A stretch of DNA of 64,000 nt from Bacteroidota bacterium (GTDB taxonomy: Bacteria; Bacteroidota; Ignavibacteria; Kapaibacteriales; HRBIN21): the NCBI GenBank assembly GCA_030550395.1, contig JAUQPL010000004.1, positions 125,839 to 189,838 on the forward strand, read 5' to 3'. This document shows, piece by piece, positions 1 through 10,070 of this stretch. The notes beneath the pieces were generated by a model, which worked only from the letters and a program-made list of their open reading frames with translations, was not told the DNA's origin and did no database searches. The first letter of the stretch is position 1, and every line of letters begins with the position of its first letter. Position numbers and translations under genes: made by a program.

Positions 1-303
1 CCGCCCCTCCAGGAGGGAGCACAGTTTTTCATCGTAGATCCAATGCTTGCCACAGGTGGCAGCATGGAAGCAGCTGTGGAATACTTGCACCGTCGAGGTG
101 CCCGTGAGATCACGCTGGTCTGCATTATCGCTGCCCCGGAGGGAATTGCACGGCTACGCCAACGGTATCCAGACCTGCCTATTATTACCGCAGCGATTGA
201 CCATGGGCTCAATGAGCACGGGTTTATTGTTCCTGGCTTAGGAGATGCAGGAGATCGCGCTATGGGCACGGAAGAAAACGGTTCGCCCACAGGGAGGGCT
301 TAA
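1..303 (+). CDS. upp: Uracil phosphoribosyltransferase, 3' part only (gene starts upstream of the window)
   Basis: The frame from nt 1 translates to ..[12 protein letters not shown]...[11 protein letters not shown], the UPRTase PRPP-binding and C-terminal motifs. Stop TAA at 301-303. Confidence 0.8.
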   Translation, partial: PPLQEGAQFFIVDPMLATGGSMEAAVEYLHRRGAREITLVCIIAAPEGIARLRQRYPDLPIITAAIDHGLNEHGFIVPGLGDAGDRAMGTEENGSPTGRA

Positions 304-345
304 AAAAGAAAAGCGGACATCGGGCAATAGGCACTCCCGATGTCC
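302..345 (-). terminator. Intrinsic terminator for dnaK; 10-bp GC stem ggacatcggg/cccgatgtcc (315-345) followed on the minus strand by GCTTTTCTTTTTTA
   Basis: A perfect inverted repeat is followed by a T-rich tract on the minus strand, 23 nt downstream of the dnaK stop. It lies between convergent upp and dnaK. Confidence 0.6.
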
Positions 346-367
346 TGCTGTAGCGAGTGTGCGGGAC

Positions 368-2281
368 TTATCGGCCGTTATCGTCTACGATACGGTATTC
401 TGCTTCCTGTACTCCCCCGTCGCCGCTACCGCTTGGAGAGGTCGAACTGCTTGGGGAAGATGTCCCCGTTGAGGTTGCTTGCTGATAGAGATGCACGGAG
501 GCTTCGTTCCACGCTCGGTTGAGCTCATCCATAGCGGCTTGCAGTTCATGGACGGGGGCGTTGTTCTTCAGAGCAGCCTGCAACTTTTCTTTTGCCTGGT
601 CAATACGGGCGCGATCGGAGGGGGAGAGTTTCTCACCCAATTCCTTTAGCTGTTTTTCTGTTGAGTACACCAGTGCATCCGCTTTATTGCGCAGCTCTAT
701 CTCTTCGCGCCGCCGCCGATCTTCCTCTGCGTGTTCTTGAGCTTCCCGCTTCATTCGCTCAATTTCCTCTTTGCTCAGCGTACCGGCGCCCGTTATGCGG
801 ATACTTTGCTCTTTGCCGGTGGCTTTATCACGGGCGGTGACGGTCAGGATACCGTTAGCATCGATGTCAAAGGTAACTTCAATCTGCGGGACTCCTCGCG
901 GCGCGGGTGGGATGCCATCCAGATGGAAGCGACCCAGCGAGCGATTGTCCTTTGCCAGGGGACGTTCGCCTTGGAGGACGTGGATTTCTACGGATGTCTG
1001 GTTATCCGTTGCTGTGGTAAAGATTTCGCTCTTGCGCGTTGGGATCGTTGTGTTGGCGGGAATGAGCACGGTCATGACACCCCCGAGGGTCTCCACACCC
1101 AAAGAAAGTGGCGTCACGTCCAACAAGAGAACGTCCCGTACCTCTCCGGCCAGGACAGCCGCTTGGATGGCTGCTCCGACGGCGACCACTTCATCGGGAT
1201 TAACGCTTTTGCTCGGCTCTTTGCCGAAGAATTCTCGGACCAGCTGCTGGATTCGGGGGATACGGGTCGAGCCACCTACGAGGATAACCTCGTCAATTTG
1301 GGCAGGTGTCAGTTTGGCTGCCTCCAGCGCTGTCCGGCAAGGACCCAGCGTTTTCTGGAAGAGATCCTCGCATAGGCTTTCAAACTTCGCCCGTGTAATG
1401 GTCATCTGTAAGTGCTTGGGTCCTTCCGGAGTTGCCGTGATGAAGGGAAGATTAATCTCAGTTTGCAGGAGCTGGGAGAGCTCAATTTTGGCTTTCTCCG
1501 CTGCTTCCCGTAGCCGTTGGAGAGCCATCGGGTCTTTGCGGAGGTCAATGCCCTCTTGCTTATAGAACTCGTCAGCGATGTAGTCTACCAAGCGCTGGTC
1601 AAAGTTATCGCCGCCCAAGTGGGTATCTCCGCTGGTAGCTTTAACTTCAAAGACGCCTTCGCCAATCTCCAGGATGGAGATGTCAAACGTACCCCCACCC
1701 AAGTCGTAGACAGCGACAGTCATAGTCCGCCCGCGCTTGTCCAGCCCGTAGGCAAGGGCTGCGGCGGTGGGTTCGTTGATAATGCGGCGGACGTTCAGCC
1801 CGGCAATCTCCCCGGCAATCTTTGTTGCTTGGCGCTGGGCGTCGTTGAAGTACGCAGGCACGGTGATCACAGCATCGGTGATCTTCTCTCCAAGGTAAGC
1901 CTCTGCATCGGTCTTCAACTTCTGCAGAATCATTGCTGAAATCTCTTCTGGGGCATAGAGACGCCCTTCAATGTCCACGCGAACGGCATGACCATCGGGT
2001 GAAGGCACAACCTTATAGGGCACCATAAGCATTTCCTCGTGGACTTCCTCCGGGCGGCGTCCCATGAAGCGCTTGATGGAATAGACAGTGTTTTTCGGGT
2101 TCACGATAGCTTGCCGTTTCGCTGCCGCTCCGACAAGGCGTTCACCACTCTTGGTAAAGCCGACAACCGATGGGGTCAACCGGGAACCCTCGCTGTTCGG
2201 GATAACAACCGGCTGCCCGCCCTCCATAACAGCGATAACGGAGTTCGTTGTTCCGAGGTCAATTCCGACAATGCGTCCCAT
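368..2281 (-). CDS. dnaK: Molecular chaperone DnaK (Hsp70)
   Basis: The N-terminus [17 protein letters not shown] and the overall 637 aa Hsp70 architecture are unmistakable. Confidence 0.97.
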   Translation of the reverse strand: MGRIVGIDLGTTNSVIAVMEGGQPVVIPNSEGSRLTPSVVGFTKSGERLVGAAAKRQAIVNPKNTVYSIKRFMGRRPEEVHEEMLMVPYKVVPSPDGHAVRVDIEGRLYAPEEISAMILQKLKTDAEAYLGEKITDAVITVPAYFNDAQRQATKIAGEIAGLNVRRIINEPTAAALAYGLDKRGRTMTVAVYDLGGGTFDISILEIGEGVFEVKATSGDTHLGGDNFDQRLVDYIADEFYKQEGIDLRKDPMALQRLREAAEKAKIELSQLLQTEINLPFITATPEGPKHLQMTITRAKFESLCEDLFQKTLGPCRTALEAAKLTPAQIDEVILVGGSTRIPRIQQLVREFFGKEPSKSVNPDEVVAVGAAIQAAVLAGEVRDVLLLDVTPLSLGVETLGGVMTVLIPANTTIPTRKSEIFTTATDNQTSVEIHVLQGERPLAKDNRSLGRFHLDGIPPAPRGVPQIEVTFDIDANGILTVTARDKATGKEQSIRITGAGTLSKEEIERMKREAQEHAEEDRRRREEIELRNKADALVYSTEKQLKELGEKLSPSDRARIDQAKEKLQAALKNNAPVHELQAAMDELNRAWNEASVHLYQQATSTGTSSPSSSTSPSGSGDGGVQEAEYRIVDDNGR

Positions 2282-2328
2282 TTGCCACTCTGTTGCTCAG
2301 GGTGATACAAACTCCACAAAAAGCTCGT

Positions 2329-2356
2329 GCGGGAGGGGAGAGTGCCCCCCTCCCGC
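2329..2356. other. GC-rich hairpin (gcgggagggg / cccctcccgc, 8-nt loop) between the Hsp20 stop and the dnaK start
   Basis: A perfect 10-bp inverted repeat; on the minus strand a TTTTTG run follows after 4 nt. It may be an hsp20 terminator/attenuator or a regulatory hairpin in the dnaK leader. It does not match CIRCE. Confidence 0.3.
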
Positions 2357-2379
2357 TAAGTCAGGAAGATGAGAGGCTT

Positions 2380-2823
2380 TTACTGAATGGCGATCTCGGT
2401 CTCCTTCGGCTTGGAGGGCTCAACTTTCGGGAGCGTGATTGTGAGGATGCCGTTTTCAAACTTGGCGTCTACTTTGGCGACGGCGACATTCTCCGGCAAC
2501 GCGAAGCTACGGCAGAAGCTCCCGAAGAGGCGCTCCATGCGAAGGAAGTTCTGAGTCTCTACCTTCCGCTCCTGCTTTTTCTCGCCGCGGATAGTGAGCA
2601 CCCGGTCCTCGGAGATAGTTACCTTTACATCCTCTTTGGCGACGCCGGGCAACTCGGCGTGGATGTAGACGTTGTTCTCATCCTCCACAATGTCTACCCG
2701 TGGCGAGAAGCTACTGACATCAAAGCGGAAGGGCACAGAGCGAACCATGTCATCGAAGAGCTCGTCAAAACGCCGAAGCATGGACTCAAAAGTCCGCAAC
2801 GGCTCAAATCGCACCAGTGTCAT
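2380..2823 (-). CDS. Hsp20/alpha-crystallin family small heat-shock protein
   Basis: An alpha-crystallin domain (..DIVEDENNVYIHAELPGV..ENGILTITLPK). The start was refined to MTLVRFEPL at 2823, preceded by AAGAGGAG. Confidence 0.85.
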   Translation of the reverse strand: MTLVRFEPLRTFESMLRRFDELFDDMVRSVPFRFDVSSFSPRVDIVEDENNVYIHAELPGVAKEDVKVTISEDRVLTIRGEKKQERKVETQNFLRMERLFGSFCRSFALPENVAVAKVDAKFENGILTITLPKVEPSKPKETEIAIQ

Positions 2824-2971
2824 GGCTACTCCTCTTTGATTGTTTGACTGAACCAGTTCTTTTAGGACTTCCACTTCGGAAGCCCACTAGTAGAATAGAG
2901 GAACAGCGTGCCAAGTTCTTCTTCGAGGCTTGATTCTGCCATTCTGGCGGAAAACTTTGTCGGAGAAGGTG

Positions 2972-3514
2972 TCAGAATGACTTTTCTGTCTGCCGTGATG
3001 TGCTGGGTATGAGAAGGCGACGGAAGTGGAGGTGTGAGCCAATGGACAGAAGAGCTGAGAAGGGTTCTACAACGACTCCCCGACTACGTGAGGCGTGAAC
3101 TATTCGCCCATCGCCGAGGTAGATGGCAACGTGGCGCGTACGCCCTTCCTCGGCGACAATGACTAGGTCGCCGGGCAAGAGGGGAGGTTGGATCGGATTG
3201 CCAACACGCGCTTGCTCAGAACTAGTTCGTGGTAGCTGGACGCCTAATTCGGCAAAGACCTTTTGTACGAAGCCGGAGCAGTCTATGCATGATGAGCTGT
3301 TCCCTCCTTGGCAGTAGGGAACGCCTATCCATTGTTGGACAATGTTCCAAAGGCGTTGCTGGACGGTGTGGTCATGGGCAGGAAGAGGAGTCTCTGTTTT
3401 TGGCGCTGAGGTTGATGCCGGCAGGCTAAAGCGGGTTATACTCTGGCAGGCAAGGAGTCCCAACGTACTTACTCCCGCCAGGAGACGGACCATGGTGTGG
3501 AGAGGAGAGGACAT
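2972..3514 (-). CDS. NlpC/P60 (C40) family peptidoglycan peptidase lipoprotein
   Basis: It carries the C40 catalytic Cys motif (CIDCSGFVQKVF) and downstream His. The start was refined to MSSPLHTMVRLLAGVSTLGLLAC (lipobox). Confidence 0.75.
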   Translation of the reverse strand: MSSPLHTMVRLLAGVSTLGLLACQSITRFSLPASTSAPKTETPLPAHDHTVQQRLWNIVQQWIGVPYCQGGNSSSCIDCSGFVQKVFAELGVQLPRTSSEQARVGNPIQPPLLPGDLVIVAEEGRTRHVAIYLGDGRIVHASRSRGVVVEPFSALLSIGSHLHFRRLLIPSTSRQTEKSF

Positions 3515-3596
3515 GATGCCGTTGTATAGAACACAGAGGGAGGCTGAGGCAGTTTTCGTGCCACTTCCCGGCATCGAGGGAAATCGTAGTTTCGAG

Positions 3597-5456
3597 TCAG
3601 GTCGTATGGGGCGTGGAGTGGAAGTACTGGTAGAGGGCTTCCGCTTGGCGGGTGCTTACGACGCGACGCAGTTCTTCCAGCGATGCGGCTCGGATGCGCT
3701 CTACCGAGCTGAAGGCGCGTAGTAGTTTCTGGGCACTTCGTGCCCCGATTCCTGGAATGCTGGTCAGTTCAGTCTGCAATGTCCGTTTGCGTCGTCGCAG
3801 TCGGTGGTATTCTATGGCGAAGCGATGAGCCTCGTTGCGAATGCGCTGGAGTAATCGAAGGCTTTCCGAAGTTTTCGGAAGTACGATGGGTTCCGGTTCC
3901 CCTGGACGGAATAGCTCTTCCAGGCGCTTTGCTAATGCAAGGACGGGAAACTGTCCAGAAAGACCGCTCTCGCTTAGGGCTTCCAGGGCAGCGGAGAGCT
4001 GCCCCTTTCCTCCATCAAGGAGCAGTAGGTTTGGAGCGGCGTCTTCACCGCTTTGAATACGGCGAGCATAGCGGCGAACTACTTCCCGCATAGCAGCGAA
4101 ATCATCATTCCCAGGAACTTGCTCCAAGCGGAAACGGCGGTATTCGGATTTGCGCGGCTTACCATCTACAAAGACCACAAGGGCAGAGACAGGATCCGTA
4201 CCGTGGAGATGAGAATTGTCAATGCAAGCAATACGCCGAGGCAGGATGGGTAGGTTCAAGTCTCGCTGCAGAGCGTAGAGTGTGGCGGGGAGGCGGGAGG
4301 TCTTTTTTGCTTGCTGTGCCAGATGTTGTTCCAGAATTGCCCGAGCATTGAGTGCGGCCATACGGATCAGTTGAGCTTCTTCCCCCTTCAGGGGAGCTAT
4401 GAGGCGCACGGGGGTTCCGCGCCGTTCTGTCAGCCACTGGATAAGCAGCTCAGGGTGTTCGGGCTGTTCAGGAACGAAGATTTCTGCAGGGATGTCCTGT
4501 TGCTGCAGGTACCACTGTTCCAGTGTAGCTTGGACTAAGTGAGCGGAGCTGTCCTCTGGAGCGTGCTGGATAAGCACGTGACGTTTGTCCAGAAGCTTTC
4601 CTTCCCGAATGATGAGGAAGACGGCGCAGGCAGTCGTTCCCTGGACAGCGATGCCGAGGACGTCCCGGTCAATAGGCTCAACACTGATCACCTTCTGTCG
4701 CTCGGTATGTTCTTGCAGAACATAGAGGCGGTTGCGGATTTGGGCAGCCTGTTCAAAGCGAAGCTGCTCGGAGAGAGTGCGCATTTGGGCTTCCAGCTCC
4801 CGTTGGAGCTCACGAGTACGTCCGCGGAGAACTTCTGTTGCTTGGCGGACGAGGCGGTTGTACTCCTCTGCAGAAATGTGCCCTTCGCAGGGACCCAGGC
4901 ATTTTCCAATGTGGTAGTCTAGGCACACACGGAATTTGCCGCGATGGATAGATTCCTCCGTCAGCGGTAAGTCGCAGCTCCGAATGGGGAAGAGTGCCCG
5001 AAGGGTGCGCAGGAGTTGTTTGGCATAGGTGGCGTTCGTATAGGGACCGAAGTAGAGGCTGCCATCGTGGACGATACGGCGTGTTAGGAAGATACGGGGA
5101 TAGGGTTCACGGGTAACACGGATGAAAGGATATGACTTGTCATCGCGCAGCAGGATATTGTAGCGGGGTTTGTGGCGTTTGATGAGGGTATTCTCTAGGA
5201 TGAGAGCCTCCACTTCCGTGTCGGTGGCAATGTATTCGATATCGGCGATGTTGCGTACCAGTGCTTGTGTTTTCGCATCCGTAGAGCGGCTGGACTGGAA
5301 ATACGAGCGAACGCGCTGGCGCAGATTCTTGGCCTTGCCAACGTAGATGATCGTGCCGGCGGCGTTCCGGAAAAGGTAAACCCCGGGGGATGGGGGTAAA
5401 GTTGCAGCCGTAGCGGCAAGCTGTTCAGAGAGAGCAGAGGTTGTGCGACGTTTCAT
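3597..5456 (-). CDS. uvrC: Excinuclease ABC subunit C
   Basis: A GIY-YIG N-terminus (GVYLFRNAAGTIIYVGKAKNLRQR), UvrBC and RNaseH-like/HhH domains. The start was taken at MKRR..; the ORF-track extension overlaps the upstream gene. Confidence 0.9.
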   Translation of the reverse strand: MKRRTTSALSEQLAATAATLPPSPGVYLFRNAAGTIIYVGKAKNLRQRVRSYFQSSRSTDAKTQALVRNIADIEYIATDTEVEALILENTLIKRHKPRYNILLRDDKSYPFIRVTREPYPRIFLTRRIVHDGSLYFGPYTNATYAKQLLRTLRALFPIRSCDLPLTEESIHRGKFRVCLDYHIGKCLGPCEGHISAEEYNRLVRQATEVLRGRTRELQRELEAQMRTLSEQLRFEQAAQIRNRLYVLQEHTERQKVISVEPIDRDVLGIAVQGTTACAVFLIIREGKLLDKRHVLIQHAPEDSSAHLVQATLEQWYLQQQDIPAEIFVPEQPEHPELLIQWLTERRGTPVRLIAPLKGEEAQLIRMAALNARAILEQHLAQQAKKTSRLPATLYALQRDLNLPILPRRIACIDNSHLHGTDPVSALVVFVDGKPRKSEYRRFRLEQVPGNDDFAAMREVVRRYARRIQSGEDAAPNLLLLDGGKGQLSAALEALSESGLSGQFPVLALAKRLEELFRPGEPEPIVLPKTSESLRLLQRIRNEAHRFAIEYHRLRRRKRTLQTELTSIPGIGARSAQKLLRAFSSVERIRAASLEELRRVVSTRQAEALYQYFHSTPHTT

Positions 5457-6172
5457 GGCAGGTCCCCTAATTGCGGTCGGAGCACCAGCTCTTCTGGTAG
5501 TAGGCGCGGCTGTGCCGTCAGGCGCAGCAGGGCACAAGCGGTTTCAGCGACATCCTCGGCTTGGAGCATCCGATGGCGCCAACGCCGACGGAGAGCTCCA
5601 TGCCAGACCGGGGTATCCGTTGCCCCAACGTGGAGATTGACGACTTTGATGCCCTGGGAGCGCAGCTCCTCGCGGAGAGCTCGGAGCATATGGGCAGCGG
5701 CAGCTTTCAGTCCACCGTAGATAGACGAGAAGGCAAACGCCTTCAGGGCAGCAACGGAGCTGATATAGAGAATGACCCCGGACTTCCGCTCTATCATGGC
5801 TGGCAGCACTGCGCGGAGGCAGAGGAAGAGGGAATACACGTTGGCTTGCAGGAGGGATTCAAATTCCGCCGGGGTTGTTTGGACAAAGGGTTTGAAGAGG
5901 GCGTTCCCGACGCAGTGGACGAGGGCATCAATGGTGCCGAAGCGGTGGAGGATTTCAGTGGAGACTTCTGCAACGGCCTCGGGGTCGGAGCAGTCACAGG
6001 GAAGGGGATATATGTGGGGGATTGAGCCTGCTAATCGCCGCAGTAAGTGGGCGCGTCGGGCAGAAGCTACAACGGTATATCTTTCCTCTGCCAAGCGGCG
6101 GGCAATGGCAGCCCCGATCCCGCTGCTGGCGCCCGTGACCCAGACGATGCCGAGAGAAGGGGTATCTGCCAT
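5453..6172 (-). CDS. Short-chain dehydrogenase/reductase (SDR) family oxidoreductase
   Basis: Motifs TGASSGIGAAIA (TGxxxGxG), NAG and YxxxK are present. Confidence 0.8.
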   Translation of the reverse strand: MADTPSLGIVWVTGASSGIGAAIARRLAEERYTVVASARRAHLLRRLAGSIPHIYPLPCDCSDPEAVAEVSTEILHRFGTIDALVHCVGNALFKPFVQTTPAEFESLLQANVYSLFLCLRAVLPAMIERKSGVILYISSVAALKAFAFSSIYGGLKAAAAHMLRALREELRSQGIKVVNLHVGATDTPVWHGALRRRWRHRMLQAEDVAETACALLRLTAQPRLLPEELVLRPQLGDLP

Positions 6173-6175
6173 AAT

Positions 6176-8197
6176 CTACCCAGTGCCGAGCGAATTCTCT
6201 GTGACCAATACCCAATGTTCGGCGACGCTTTCGTCCAGCTCTGTGAGGAAGGGAGAGGGCTTTGCAAGAATCCAGCCACTCTCATGGTCAATGGCGCGAA
6301 GGGGATAGAGGAGGTAGAGGAAGCGCCGGGCGCGAGTGCAGGCAACATAGAAAAGACGCCGTTCTTCTTCGAAAGCTTCTACGGAGTCATACGCCCACGC
6401 CACAGGGAAGCGACCGTCGGTCATCCAGATGAGGAAGACGGCGGTCCACTCCAGCCCTTTGGCGGAATGAACGGTAGAGAGCGTCAGAGGAGATTCCTCC
6501 TGGCTCCCCGGGGCTGCTACATCTGCAACACTCTCGGTTGGGGGATCCAGAGTAAGGTCGGTTAGAAATTCCTGCAGGGTTTGGTAACGTTCGGCGAGGG
6601 CAAGCAGGGCCTCAATGTCCCTCCAGCGTTTGTGGTGGTCGTCGTACTGCCGTTGGAGGAGTGGACGGTAAAGAGTAGCGCATTGGCTGAGGAGTTCGGG
6701 CACAGGTGTATGGCGAAGGTAGAGGCGGAAAAGGGTACAAAGGGCCTCCCAAAGTTGGATGACGGTGGTTCGGATACTGGGGGAGATACCTAGCAGGAGA
6801 TTCTCTATGCTTTGGGGGTCTTCCCATCGCAGAATTCCTTCCCGGATGCCTTCAATGATGCGGTGTGCCGTACGAGGACCAACACCCTCCAGCATCAGAA
6901 GAACTCGGTGCCAACTGACGGTGTCGGTGATATTGAGAAGGATGCGGGCAAAGGCAAGGAGATCTTTGATGTGCGCTGTTTCTGTAAGCTTTAGTCCACC
7001 GAATTTGCGGTAAGGGATGCCCACCCGTGATAGCTCAATTTCCAGCTCAAAGAAGAGGTGGCTGGCACGTGCCAGAACGGCGATATCGGAAAGCGGGATG
7101 CCTTGCTCTCGCAGAGCCAACACTTGCTGCACGACAAACAGCGATTGTTGTCGTTCATCCTCAGCCCGAATGATAGCAGGGGAAGGTCCTTCCTTTTGGC
7201 GACTTTGGAGCTGTTTTCGGTAGCCATAGATTGCACGGCTGATGATGGCATTGGCGAGGTTCAAAATGGGCTGGGTGCTGCGGTAGTTTTCCTCCAGGGT
7301 GATGATGGTGCATTGTTGGAATGCGTTGGGGAAATCCATAATGTTGCGGAAATCTGCCCCACGAAAGGAGTAGATGCTTTGGGCATCATCACCGACGGCG
7401 AGGATATTTTCCTCCGGACCCGCCAAGAGCACGCTGATGCGGTGCTGCAAGGGATTGGTGTCCTGATACTCATCCACCATGACGTAGCGAAACTGAGCGT
7501 GGAGCTGTTGCCGCTTTTCGGGATGCTCTTCCAAGAGTTGGAGCAGGAGCAGGAGGAGGTCGTCGTAGTCCACAAGACCATGGCGACGTTTGTAGAGGCG
7601 GTAGGCGTCGTAGAGCTGCTTCAGTTCCGGGAGCAGGTGTTGGAAGTGGGGGTACTCGGCGGAGAGGATATCGTCAATGCTGCGGTTACGGTTGATTGCG
7701 GTGGAGTAAATGTCGGCAAGGGTCCGTTTGTGTGGGAAGCGTTCCCGGCGCCGTTCGCGGAAGAGTTCGGTGCGGAGGAGATTGAGCACATCTTCGGCAT
7801 CGGTTTGATCTAAGACGGTAAAATCCGGGGAGAGGCCGACGGCGTGACTGTAACGCCGGAGGATCATGTAGGCGAATGAATGGAATGTCCCGCCAGCAAC
7901 GCGCTCGCAGCGACCATCCAACAGCTGTGCTGCTCGGTGAAGCATTTGTCGGGCGGCTTTCCGTGTGAAAGTCAGTAGCAAGATATTCTCAGGGGGGACT
8001 CCGTCCTCCACCAAGCGAGCCACGCGGTAAGCAAGGGTCCGGGTCTTTCCCGTTCCAGCACCAGCAATGACCAGAGCGGCTCCGTTCTGGTGCATAACGG
8101 CTTGCAGCTGGGCAGGATTAAGCTCTTCCTCATACCGCAGGCGATATGTCCGGCGGGCAGGAATGATGCGGACTTGGATGCGCCGTTCGTGTGCCAT
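6176..8197 (-). CDS. UvrD/PcrA/Rep-family ATP-dependent DNA helicase
   Basis: Walker A (AGAGTGKTRTL) and UvrD helicase motifs (LLLTFTRKAA; VMVDEYQDTN). The start was refined to MAHERRIQ.. at 8197. Confidence 0.85.
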   Translation of the reverse strand: MAHERRIQVRIIPARRTYRLRYEEELNPAQLQAVMHQNGAALVIAGAGTGKTRTLAYRVARLVEDGVPPENILLLTFTRKAARQMLHRAAQLLDGRCERVAGGTFHSFAYMILRRYSHAVGLSPDFTVLDQTDAEDVLNLLRTELFRERRRERFPHKRTLADIYSTAINRNRSIDDILSAEYPHFQHLLPELKQLYDAYRLYKRRHGLVDYDDLLLLLLQLLEEHPEKRQQLHAQFRYVMVDEYQDTNPLQHRISVLLAGPEENILAVGDDAQSIYSFRGADFRNIMDFPNAFQQCTIITLEENYRSTQPILNLANAIISRAIYGYRKQLQSRQKEGPSPAIIRAEDERQQSLFVVQQVLALREQGIPLSDIAVLARASHLFFELEIELSRVGIPYRKFGGLKLTETAHIKDLLAFARILLNITDTVSWHRVLLMLEGVGPRTAHRIIEGIREGILRWEDPQSIENLLLGISPSIRTTVIQLWEALCTLFRLYLRHTPVPELLSQCATLYRPLLQRQYDDHHKRWRDIEALLALAERYQTLQEFLTDLTLDPPTESVADVAAPGSQEESPLTLSTVHSAKGLEWTAVFLIWMTDGRFPVAWAYDSVEAFEEERRLFYVACTRARRFLYLLYPLRAIDHESGWILAKPSPFLTELDESVAEHWVLVTENSLGTG

Positions 8198-8247
8198 TGT
8201 CAGATTTCTTGCTCCGAAGGCAAGAGGTGCGACGTTATGAGGGAGGT

Positions 8248-8967
8248 TCACATTGCTTTGGCTATGGCAACTGCGAAGACTCTTCGCGCGCCGAGCTCCA
8301 GCAGAGCCTCGGCACAGCTGTTCAACGTAGAACCAGTCGTCAGTACATCGTCCACCAAAAGAATGGTCTTGGAGCGTACGCAAAGGGCTTGGTCCCCAGC
8401 GGTGAAGACGCCAACAACATTGCGGCGGCGTTCCACTGCATTGAGCCGTGTCTGAGAGGGAGTTGCAACTCTGCGCCGGAGAGCCCTGCTATAGAGCGGA
8501 CGGTGGCATACTTGTGCAAGTCCGGAAGCGATCGCCTCTGCCTGATTGTATCCCCGCTCACGCCGGCGTGCTGGATGGATTGGGACGGGGACAATCCCAT
8601 CCACATCGGGCAGAAGATGGGAAAGGGCGCTTCCCACAACTCTTCCGAGCTCAACACCAAGGTCCCATAGGCCGTAGTACTTCACTGCATAGATCAGCCG
8701 CATTGCCGGTGTCCCCTCTCGGAGACTAAACAGGGCGGCAACGCCGGAGAGAGCAAGATCGTCGGGCGTAAAGAAGTTCAGCAATTCGTTGTAGAGTGTT
8801 TCCGGTGAAGGTGCCACGGGGAGATTGTCCCAGCAAGTGCGACAGACAAAGCGTTCTATCCCTGTGGCGGCTTTCAGCGCCTGCTGGCAGATGCAGCAGC
8901 ACCGGGGAGCAAGCAGCTGGAACCCAAGCTCGCAAAGCTCCCGAAGCGCTTGCCGAAAGCTCTGCAT
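8248..8967 (-). CDS. ComF/GntX-family phosphoribosyltransferase-domain protein
   Basis: An N-terminal Cys cluster (CCCICQQ..CRTCW) and a C-terminal PRTase motif (ILLVDDVLTTGSTL). Confidence 0.75.
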   Translation of the reverse strand: MQSFRQALRELCELGFQLLAPRCCCICQQALKAATGIERFVCRTCWDNLPVAPSPETLYNELLNFFTPDDLALSGVAALFSLREGTPAMRLIYAVKYYGLWDLGVELGRVVGSALSHLLPDVDGIVPVPIHPARRRERGYNQAEAIASGLAQVCHRPLYSRALRRRVATPSQTRLNAVERRRNVVGVFTAGDQALCVRSKTILLVDDVLTTGSTLNSCAEALLELGARRVFAVAIAKAM

Positions 8968-8971
8968 GAGC

Positions 8972-10048
8972 CTAGCGGATTTCTGCTGCGAACCGTAGGT
9001 GTGTTTCTATCTCCGGTGGTATCGGAGGGATTTCCGACGGCGGCAGGAGGTAGTTAGCAAGGCTAGCAAAGTCTTGGAAAATTCGCTGGCGGACTACCGT
9101 TTGCAAGAGATAGTCGTAGCCGCTGGAGCCGCCCGTTCCCACTCTCTGCCCAATCATCCGATTGACCATGATTGCATGCCGATAGCGCCAAAGGCTCATC
9201 TGTTGGTCCAGTTGAACGAGGGTGTCCAAGAGGCGGAACGGAAGCTGGAGGAGCGGGTAGTCACGGTAAAGCATAATGAACAAAGCTGCCAGCGTTGCGC
9301 GATGGGAAAGGCGGCGTTGCCGTGTGTGGAGGAGTTCAGCATAGCGAGCCGGCTCAAAGAAAGCCTCAAAGTTCATGGCGTTTGAGCGGATCTGCTGCAG
9401 CTTTTGCTCCTTCTCATCTGGCGCCAACGCTGGGTGTTGGATGACAGCCTGTTGCTCTCGCTCAAATCTCCGGGCGACGGCTTCCCGATAGCTTTCCCAA
9501 AAGCGATATTGTCGGAATTCCAAGAAGGGCATTCGTTCCAGCCAGTTCTGCACAACGCCAAACAGGGTGGGCTGGGACCTGACATGGTGTAAGTGCTGGC
9601 GGTCCCGGGCGTCCAAGCTGGATTCATAGTCGCAGAGCACGCGGGCTTCCTCATCTAGGCCTAGGCGGATTTCAAGGAGACGAAATTGTAGCGACTGGAA
9701 ACCGCTGGCAGGGTGAAGGAAGTCCCGAAACGCCAGGAAATCCAGCGGTGTCATTGTCTCCAGGAGATCAAATTGGGCGATGGCTAAGCTGAAAATGCTC
9801 TGAATCCGTTTGAGTCGGGACAAGGCTGTGGCGACCTCATGTTCGGGTACATAGGGCTGTCCCATAATGCGGATGACGGAATCCAGCTCATAGAGCGCCT
9901 GTTTGAACCAGAGTTCATAGACCTGGTGCACGATGATGAACAGCAGCTCATCATGGGCCGGTTTGTCCTGCTGCCAACTCAAGGGATGTTGAGCAGAAAG
10001 GAGTGTGTCCAAAGCTAAGTAATCACGGTAGTAAAGCGGTTGGGCCAT
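8972..10048 (-). CDS. kynA: Tryptophan 2,3-dioxygenase
   Basis: The TDO family (YRDYLALDTLLSAQ...; haem-binding region). The start was refined to MAQPLYY. Confidence 0.8.
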   Translation of the reverse strand: MAQPLYYRDYLALDTLLSAQHPLSWQQDKPAHDELLFIIVHQVYELWFKQALYELDSVIRIMGQPYVPEHEVATALSRLKRIQSIFSLAIAQFDLLETMTPLDFLAFRDFLHPASGFQSLQFRLLEIRLGLDEEARVLCDYESSLDARDRQHLHHVRSQPTLFGVVQNWLERMPFLEFRQYRFWESYREAVARRFEREQQAVIQHPALAPDEKEQKLQQIRSNAMNFEAFFEPARYAELLHTRQRRLSHRATLAALFIMLYRDYPLLQLPFRLLDTLVQLDQQMSLWRYRHAIMVNRMIGQRVGTGGSSGYDYLLQTVVRQRIFQDFASLANYLLPPSEIPPIPPEIETHLRFAAEIR

Positions 10049-10070
10049 GGCGTGCTCCGGCTGTTTTGGA

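Noticed and set aside
519-2372. Multiple long ORFs antisense to or out of frame with dnaK (e.g. 771..1565 of 264 aa, 731..1375, 1517..1939)
   Set aside because: They lie entirely within the highly conserved dnaK coding region. They have Arg/Ser/Pro-rich low-complexity translations, typical of stop-codon-poor alternative frames in GC-rich DNA.
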